A DNA stretch of 64,000 bases, taken from positions 682,001 to 746,000 of the forward strand of contig CBFDEM010000027.1 in the NCBI GenBank assembly GCA_965603825.1, given 5' to 3'. Shown piece by piece: positions 57,840 through 64,000 of this stretch. The position numbers were made by a program, and so were the translations under genes. The notes under the pieces were generated by a model. It was not told the origin of the DNA. It searched no databases and saw nothing but the letters and a program-made list of their open reading frames with translations. Origin of the DNA: Blepharisma stoltei ATCC 30299. Taxonomy: Eukaryota > Protista > Ciliophora. Position 1 is the first letter of the stretch, and every line of letters begins with the position of its first letter.

Positions 57840-60359
57840 TTAAAATCTCATATCAATTCTTGGCTCATGACCCAAAATCGAAGAGTCACTTTTGTCCCAG
57901 TTTTTGTTGAAATTAAAAGAAAATTCAACAGGAGAGTATGTGAAAAGTCCTTGAATGTGGTCAAAAATAGCTGCACTGTAGGAGTAGCTTAAAAAGTGCT
58001 CTTTAGGAGAAAAGGTCCTGAACTCCAAACTGCAGTCATCAAAGGTAGATGGGATTATTTGGTGATAGGCAGCACCTAAAGAGACTGCATAGTCTGGGGC
58101 AGAAACTTTATTCCCAAATGCGTCAAGAGCGTGCTTTTGGACTGTCTGGAAGCCAAGATCAAGTCTATGGGCAATAATTTCATTAACTGCTTGATCTCTT
58201 GACAGTTCTGACGACACAAATGACTGATAAGGCTGGCTTGAACCTAAATCTTCAGTCCTTGGCCAAAAATCAGTCGTAAGTGGCAACAATAGAGGCTCTA
58301 AAATTGCATTCCACAATGATTCATAATACTCCAATGCATCTTTATTATACAAGCTTGAATCCCCATCCAAAATACTTTCAGGAAACTCTGTAACTACAGG
58401 AAAAGCTTGCCCCCATCTTCTTTTAAATGAGGAAAACCTCTTTTTGTATATATGCGAGGACATATGTGTATGCTCAGAGCCCATCTTAGGATCTCTTTCA
58501 CTATTTCTCGACCAATCGTGCATGCTGTCTCTTCTTCCACTCTCTACACTGCCTCTTCTCGGTGACAGTGACATACTATCGCCGCTGCCCTCGCTCATTT
58601 TCCGCTTATTCAGTTCTCCTAATAAAGAATTGCTGGAATTATTGATTTTTGGCATCGTTAATTTATCATTAGTCCTTCGGCTTCTAGGGCTGGCCAGCTC
58701 GTCAAAACTCCCTATTGCTAAATTTTCATTTCCAGATGATTTTATAAGGAAAAGACTTTTATTGAGGGTCACGTGAATTGTGGAGAGTCTAAATAAGGGG
58801 TGAAACTTGTGAGGACGCTCATGGGTGATGGTATGGACTGAACTTTGGAGATTACAGGTGCCTTCAAGCTGTACAAAAGAGTAGAACCAATGGGTCCGAA
58901 ACCAGTATGGGCAGGTGTAGTTTTTTATGTTGTTTTCTTCAGATCTCATTATAACTTCGTCGAAATCGTCGTCAATAGAAGAGACGGTAGGCTGGGCGTC
59001 ATAAATTAGCATAGGGGTGGGGTGCATAGGTTTTCGCCTCAGACACATTACTTCGAGGGTAGCTCCAAAAGCTAATACACGGACCTTGGTAAGTTTTATA
59101 AGTTTTTTATTAGTGTAGTAAACTGAATTTCCAGCTGAAATTACTATTAACTCAGCCCCAGTGTAGCTGCTTTTCTTTTCGTTTTCTTGTGTTTGCAAGC
59201 GATTTAAGGTAAAATTGATAGCCTCTAGAAAGTTTGTATTTTTAGATGACGCTAAAGAGGTAGAATAATGAGTCAAAGATGCAAGCGACTGGGATACATT
59301 ATATATAAGTGATTGGTGGAACCCTTGGAATATTTCTGAGTTTTCATTGAATTTTTCTAATGGAAATAGCTGCAAAAATGCATCCCCAGTTATCCCAGAG
59401 TCAGTTTTCCAATTAATTAGTGAAGGAAAAAACATGATTTCTCTTTTAATAATCTTCATAACGTCTTTAAAAGAGTTTCTGATATCAGAAGTTTTCAAAA
59501 TCTCCTTATATACATCAATATAAGGCCTTTTTTTGGTGTCAACTTGGTAGCCAATACTTCAAGCTTCATCACAAGAGATAGGTATAAAGACTCGGCAATA
59601 GAAAATGACGGTGATTTCATGAGAAGTTTTTTTTAGTATTTGCCTTTCAAAAGCAGTCATTAATAGAGAAATCACTTTTTCTCAGTAAAGTAGCCCGCTT
59701 GGGGAATGCTCCCACATTTCTTTGGATAATTCTATTAATCATATAGTTTTGGCTGATTTTGATCTATAGGTGATTTTTGTATCTTTTGTGATAACACCGC
59801 TTAAGCCGCTTTTCCTTTCTACAATTAAGTCACTTATTTCAGTTCTCACGCCATTTTTTGATAGCCTTTGGCTTTTGTATACAGCAGAGTCCCTAAATGC
59901 TTGGGAAAGCTTTCACATTTCGCCTCTCCCCAAGCTTTGATCTTTTATAGACACCAGCACTGCCTGTAGTTCATATTTTGCTAAATCCGGCCTCCTCACA
60001 TTTACATCTAAGTTCCTCAAATGGTTTATATTTAGTACTGAAGCTAGCTGTGTGCTTATACTGAGTGTAATATTCGCTTTATTAGTCATTGAGGTCGAAG
60101 TCACTTGCACCACAAATGGCTGGGCTGAATTATCATTTGGGATGATTTCCAAAATATCTTTATCCTGTACTCCATGGAAAACATCACTATTGATAATTAA
60201 ATCTGCGCTTGAAAACTGTGGGGTGTGGAACGTGGACTGGAAAACCTCATTTACCCACTCTTCAGCCTCATGTGACTCAGGCTGCTTTTCAGTCTTTTTC
60301 ATGAAGTTTTTCCACCGAGACTTGACAGCTTTCTTATTTTTCCCATCATTTTTATTCAT
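57840..60359 (-). CDS. DEPDC5: DEPDC5/IML1-like GATOR1 subunit, C-terminally short (839 aa)
   Basis: KDQSLGRGEM[W], TKITYRSKSA, IELSKEMW, NFLEAINF, YTGAELIVISAG, KPMHPTP, RRWGQAFP, EPLLLPLTTDFWP; four TGA=Trp join the fragments. Confidence 0.9.
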
Positions 60360-60368
60360 TTTAAGAGA

Positions 60369-61751
60369 TTAACTATCTACTTGTTGAGGCTGAGCCACTT
60401 GAGGCCTGAGGGTTGTTTCTAGGTTGATAGGCTCGCCCATCATTCTTTCCCAAAGGTTCAGCACGTCATCGCATGCGCTTTCAAAGTGTGAGGTGGCGTC
60501 ATAAGATTTGCTAACGAATAAATTGTCAGCTCTTCCGTCTTCTGTAGGCTCAAAGGTATCATAAACTTTAATGAAAGATACAAGAACATCTCCTATAAGT
60601 TGGTAAGCTGGCTGTAGTTCGGCTTCTGGGGCGTCAGTTTCGACACTGGTACTGCAGATTGCGATATAATAGCCTTCAGAACAGACACAGTGAGAGCTGG
60701 ACATAAAGGAAACGTAAATATCATTGCGTCGTCCTACTTGGCGTTGTGGGATTATAATTTGGCCTGAAGGAGCATTATCACTATTAGGAACCGGATGATT
60801 GAGGATGCAGATAGCTCTGATGACTCTTCCTGTAGATCTTGCTTTATTGAGGTTTAACACATAAGAAGGGTCACATAAAATCAATGGAGCTCTAGCCACT
60901 TCACCTTCAGCTCTGACCCCACAGACTTTTCCATCTTCTCCAAATAGGATTTCGTCAATTGGCTTGTTCAGCATATAAGTGCCTCCGTATATAGCAGAAA
61001 GTCTAGAAAACCCTTCAGCGATACCACCAATACCGTAGACTGGGTATAAGAAAGGAGAATTCCCATACAGCCCAATGCTGTCCATGTACAGCTTAGCTTT
61101 CATTATCAAATCGTGGCTTGGCTGGTCCAAAAAGGCATCACTAGTATAAAGCGCAACCGCGTGGCCTATAAAATCAATAGTGTTTTCTTCCAGCCCAAAC
61201 GCAGCGAACAGTTCTCTGCCTGGCTGCCTCTGCAAGTTCATGTTTTTGTGAGTCGCTGGGTCATTTGGCTCGTAGTTTTGGACGAATTTGAAGAATTTCT
61301 TGCATCTTCGCTTCTCAAAGAGCCCCATAAGGTCGCTTTTGAGGGCTTCAGAGTCTGTGGCAGGGACTTTGTGAACCTTGGCTTTAGCCTTTGAAAAGAC
61401 GCCGCCAGCTGAGACTTGCATAACATAGGAGCCGTCGACACATTTCCATTCCAAATTATTGGCGACAGTCTCTGTATGAAGAATGAGCTTGACGAGTTTG
61501 CCATTGGCCATAGTAAACTTAGGGATGAGGTCGACGTTCCATTCTCTGTTAGCTCCAAGTTCTGCAGGAGGTTCTGTGCCTGGGTAGAAAACTCTATAAA
61601 GATTGGTCAAGTTTAATGATGCTGTTTCGCCTCCATAAAAATTGTTGCGGTCTAAATGCAATACTTTCTTGCCGTGGGCGGACAGCAGGCCAGAAATGAT
61701 ACATTCTGTGAGTCCGGTTCCCAAGACTATAGCATCGTATGTTTCTTCCAT
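60369..61751 (-). CDS. GDI1: Rab GDP-dissociation inhibitor (460 aa)
   Basis: YDAIVLGTGLTECIISGLLS, DRNNFYGGE, WNVDLIPKF, FSRLSAIYGGTYML, SYDATSHFE. Confidence 0.98.
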   Translation of the reverse strand: MEETYDAIVLGTGLTECIISGLLSAHGKKVLHLDRNNFYGGETASLNLTNLYRVFYPGTEPPAELGANREWNVDLIPKFTMANGKLVKLILHTETVANNLEWKCVDGSYVMQVSAGGVFSKAKAKVHKVPATDSEALKSDLMGLFEKRRCKKFFKFVQNYEPNDPATHKNMNLQRQPGRELFAAFGLEENTIDFIGHAVALYTSDAFLDQPSHDLIMKAKLYMDSIGLYGNSPFLYPVYGIGGIAEGFSRLSAIYGGTYMLNKPIDEILFGEDGKVCGVRAEGEVARAPLILCDPSYVLNLNKARSTGRVIRAICILNHPVPNSDNAPSGQIIIPQRQVGRRNDIYVSFMSSSHCVCSEGYYIAICSTSVETDAPEAELQPAYQLIGDVLVSFIKVYDTFEPTEDGRADNLFVSKSYDATSHFESACDDVLNLWERMMGEPINLETTLRPQVAQPQQVDS

Positions 61752-61814
61752 TTTCTATTACAATTGATTAACAATATCCACAAAAAGTTTTAAAATTTAG
61801 TCATCTCTATTTAT

Positions 61815-63974
61815 TTAGTCATCATCATTACCTTCTCTGCGAACCTTTTCTTGGTAGTGCATCTTCAGCTCTTCAAGCGCTCCAGGGTCAACAGGTTCTA
61901 GTCTGCTAAACTCCATTGAAAACTCTCCTTGTCCTTGTGTGTTTCCTCTAATTTCACTTGCATACCCGAACATTTGGGCTAGTGGCGCTTCTGCAATAAT
62001 CCCAGCAGTCCCATCAGCCCTGGTAAAAGTGTCCTTCACAAGAGCTCTTCTTTTAACGAGACCATTAATAACAGTAGCTTGACAGTCATGAGGGGCCGTA
62101 ATTTCGACAGTCATAACAGGTTCTAATACAGTAGGTTTCGCATTGGGAAAAGCATGCCTAAAAGACTGCTTTGTGGCGGTCATAAAAGCGTTTGAGTTAG
62201 AATCGACAACGTGGGTCTGGCCATCAATCAGGACATATTGTAAGTTAAGCACTGGGTAGCCGACCTGTGGGCCTTTCTTGCAGCACTCTAAGAAGGCTTT
62301 TTGAATTGCAGCTTTGAATTCTCCTCCTATGTTGTTACCAATAGTTTTGTCGACGAATCTGCTTGGGACAAGCTCGCCTGGCTTGAGATCTGGGATTGGT
62401 TCAATGTACCCTTGGACCCCAGCGTACTGTCCGTTACCTCCTGTCTGTTTTTTGTGCAAATAGTTAAAATCAGCTCGGCCATGGATCGTTTCTCTATAAT
62501 TTACAGCTGGAGCGCCTAATTCGACTGGCAACTCAAACTCCCTTCTAATTCTTTCAGCGTAAATCTGCAAATGCAGCTCTCCCATACCCGAAATAATAGT
62601 TTCGTTGCTTTCCTCGTCTATTTTTACTCTAAATGTAGGGTCTTCTCTTTGGAATTTCGCCAAGGCTTTATTAAACTTGATCCCTGCATTTTTTTCAATT
62701 GGCCTAATAGATAAAGAAATGACAGGCTCAGGAACATACATAGACGACATTGCGTAGTTTACAGTTCCATCAGTAAAGGTATCCCCACTGTTGCATTCAA
62801 TACCAAATAATGCGCAGATGTCGCCAGCCTCACTTTCATTGATTTCTGCCATTTCGTTAGAGTGCATTCTCACCATTCTAGAAATTTTGGTTCGTTTTTT
62901 GGTGGATGTGTTTATGATGTAGTCGCCCTTTTTTAATCTACCTTGATAAATACGGATATAGGTAAGCTGGCCAAAGCGGTTTTCTTCAAGCTTGAAGGCA
63001 AGACAGACTAAAGGCAGTTTTGGATCGATTTTTAGCTCAACTTTGGCTTCTTCTTTGTCGAGGTCAAGTCCTACGTTTTTTACTTCATATGGACTAGGCA
63101 AATAGTCACCCACAGCGTCAAGGACGAGCTGTGCACCTTTATTTTTGTAAGCTGAGCCCATCAGTATAGGAGAAAACTTAAGGGCAATTGTAGACCTCCT
63201 GACTGCATCTTTAATTTCTTGATTTGTCAGCGTTTCTCCATTCAAAAACTTGTCGCCGATAAAATCGTCTACATCAGCTAAATTTTCAATCAATTCTTGT
63301 CTAGTTTGTTGTGTTTTTTCTAGCATGTTTTCAGGGATAGCTATTTCTGTTGGGATTTCTCCATATCTTCCTTGGAAATTATATGCTTTTCTCTCAATGA
63401 CATCAATAATCCCACTAAATGTATCTTCTTGCCCTATCGGCAGCTGGATCAAGGCAGACCTCACTGGGATTTTTTGCTTTATTGAGTTATAGGTCGTTAA
63501 ATAGTTGGACCCAGCCCTGTCCAGTTTATTAATAAAAGTCAGCCTGGGCACATTATATCTCCTCATCTGTCGGTCCACAGTCATAGTTTGGCTTTGCACC
63601 CCACTGGCACCACACACAAGTAGAACCGCGCCGTCTAACACCCTTAAAGCTCTTTCGACCTCAATAGTGAAATCGACATGTCCTGGGGTGTCGATAAGGT
63701 TGATATTGATATCTTTCCACTTACAATATGTGGCTGCACTTTGGATGGTGATCCCCCTTTCTCTTTCGAGCTCCATAGAGTCCATTTTGGCGCCGACTTT
63801 GTCATTGCCTTTGACTTCGTGGATCTCTTTGATTTTTCCTGTGTAAAAAAGGACTCTTTCGGTGAACGTGGTCTTTCCGCTGTCAATGTGAGCGGAAATT
63901 CCAATGTTGCGAGTTCTGGTCATGTCGGAGAAGGAACGACGAAGAAGAGGGAATCGTCGAAGCCACACCTGCAT
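61815..63974 (-). CDS. GFM1: Mitochondrial elongation factor G1 (719 aa)
   Basis: Arg-rich presequence, RNIGISAHIDSGKTT, ERERGITIQSAA, DTPGHVDF, GMGELHL, QGQGEFSMEF. Confidence 0.97.
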   Translation of the reverse strand: MQVWLRRFPLLRRSFSDMTRTRNIGISAHIDSGKTTFTERVLFYTGKIKEIHEVKGNDKVGAKMDSMELERERGITIQSAATYCKWKDININLIDTPGHVDFTIEVERALRVLDGAVLLVCGASGVQSQTMTVDRQMRRYNVPRLTFINKLDRAGSNYLTTYNSIKQKIPVRSALIQLPIGQEDTFSGIIDVIERKAYNFQGRYGEIPTEIAIPENMLEKTQQTRQELIENLADVDDFIGDKFLNGETLTNQEIKDAVRRSTIALKFSPILMGSAYKNKGAQLVLDAVGDYLPSPYEVKNVGLDLDKEEAKVELKIDPKLPLVCLAFKLEENRFGQLTYIRIYQGRLKKGDYIINTSTKKRTKISRMVRMHSNEMAEINESEAGDICALFGIECNSGDTFTDGTVNYAMSSMYVPEPVISLSIRPIEKNAGIKFNKALAKFQREDPTFRVKIDEESNETIISGMGELHLQIYAERIRREFELPVELGAPAVNYRETIHGRADFNYLHKKQTGGNGQYAGVQGYIEPIPDLKPGELVPSRFVDKTIGNNIGGEFKAAIQKAFLECCKKGPQVGYPVLNLQYVLIDGQTHVVDSNSNAFMTATKQSFRHAFPNAKPTVLEPVMTVEITAPHDCQATVINGLVKRRALVKDTFTRADGTAGIIAEAPLAQMFGYASEIRGNTQGQGEFSMEFSRLEPVDPGALEELKMHYQEKVRREGNDDD

Positions 63975-64000
63975 ATTTTATTAATAAAATTCACGATGAT

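Noticed and set aside
1-64000. Widespread pseudogenisation suggested by fragmented ORFs
   Set aside because: Breaks fall at TGA codons in Trp positions or at 15-16 nt introns; frames are otherwise continuous. Only 17546-18546, 33366-33600 and 52782-54067 have true lesions.
1-64000. TAA/TAG=Gln code, or TGA=Cys/selenocysteine
   Set aside because: TAA and TAG terminate conserved genes at expected ends and occur internally only in introns or lesions; TGA aligns with TGG in paralogs, not with Cys.
1-64000. Prokaryotic, Mycoplasma-like or mitochondrial origin because of UGA=Trp and tight packing
   Set aside because: Spliceosomal introns and nuclear eukaryotic genes (RPL10, RPS21, CHD, Rab GDI, CDPK, kinesin).
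1-64000. tRNA, rRNA, telomeric repeats, transposase or IES-like elements
   Set aside because: No cloverleaf, rRNA-like tract, telomere run, DDE/RT ORF or terminal inverted repeat pair seen by eye; a tRNAscan-SE/Infernal run would be needed to exclude small RNAs.

Overview
This is eukaryotic, gene-dense, AT-rich DNA from a heterotrich ciliate macronuclear-type chromosome, most consistent with Blepharisma or a relative. The supplied ORF track is misleading for two reasons. (1) TGA encodes Trp: it swaps with TGG at the same position in tandem paralogs and sits at conserved Trp positions, while every intact gene ends in TAA or TAG. (2) Genes carry 15-16 nt GTA...AG introns with an A six bases from the 3' end (11 found). 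Re-read this way the window holds about 36 genes: five tandem SV2/SVOP-like MFS transporters, a multi-HTH protein, kinesin, a SPIRAL1/Jupiter-like protein, AIM24, ABHD17, p24, PP2C, a five-CH-domain protein, CDPK, RPL10, an S28 peptidase lacking its nucleophile, a permuted papain-like secreted protein, cyclin P/U, NDUFAF6, POLD2, RPS21, an Inturned-like protein, a CHD remodeller, a Myb protein, an EF-hand/IQ/B-box protein, a disrupted MORN-DUSP gene, RRM1, DEPDC5/IML1, Rab GDI, mitochondrial EF-G and several unknowns. The best candidate for an undescribed system is a 1705-aa gene (35309-40426, minus) hidden as seven fragments in the ORF track: active caspase-like CHAT protease, Cys/His module, STAND NTPase, TPR-like helices, catalytically dead CHAT, second STAND NTPase, i.e. 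an NLR-like protease. Also notable are a CHD remodeller with a bromodomain inserted in its second chromodomain and two dispersed members of an unrecognised orphan family. All family calls are by motif recognition; no searches were run, so novelty is unverified.
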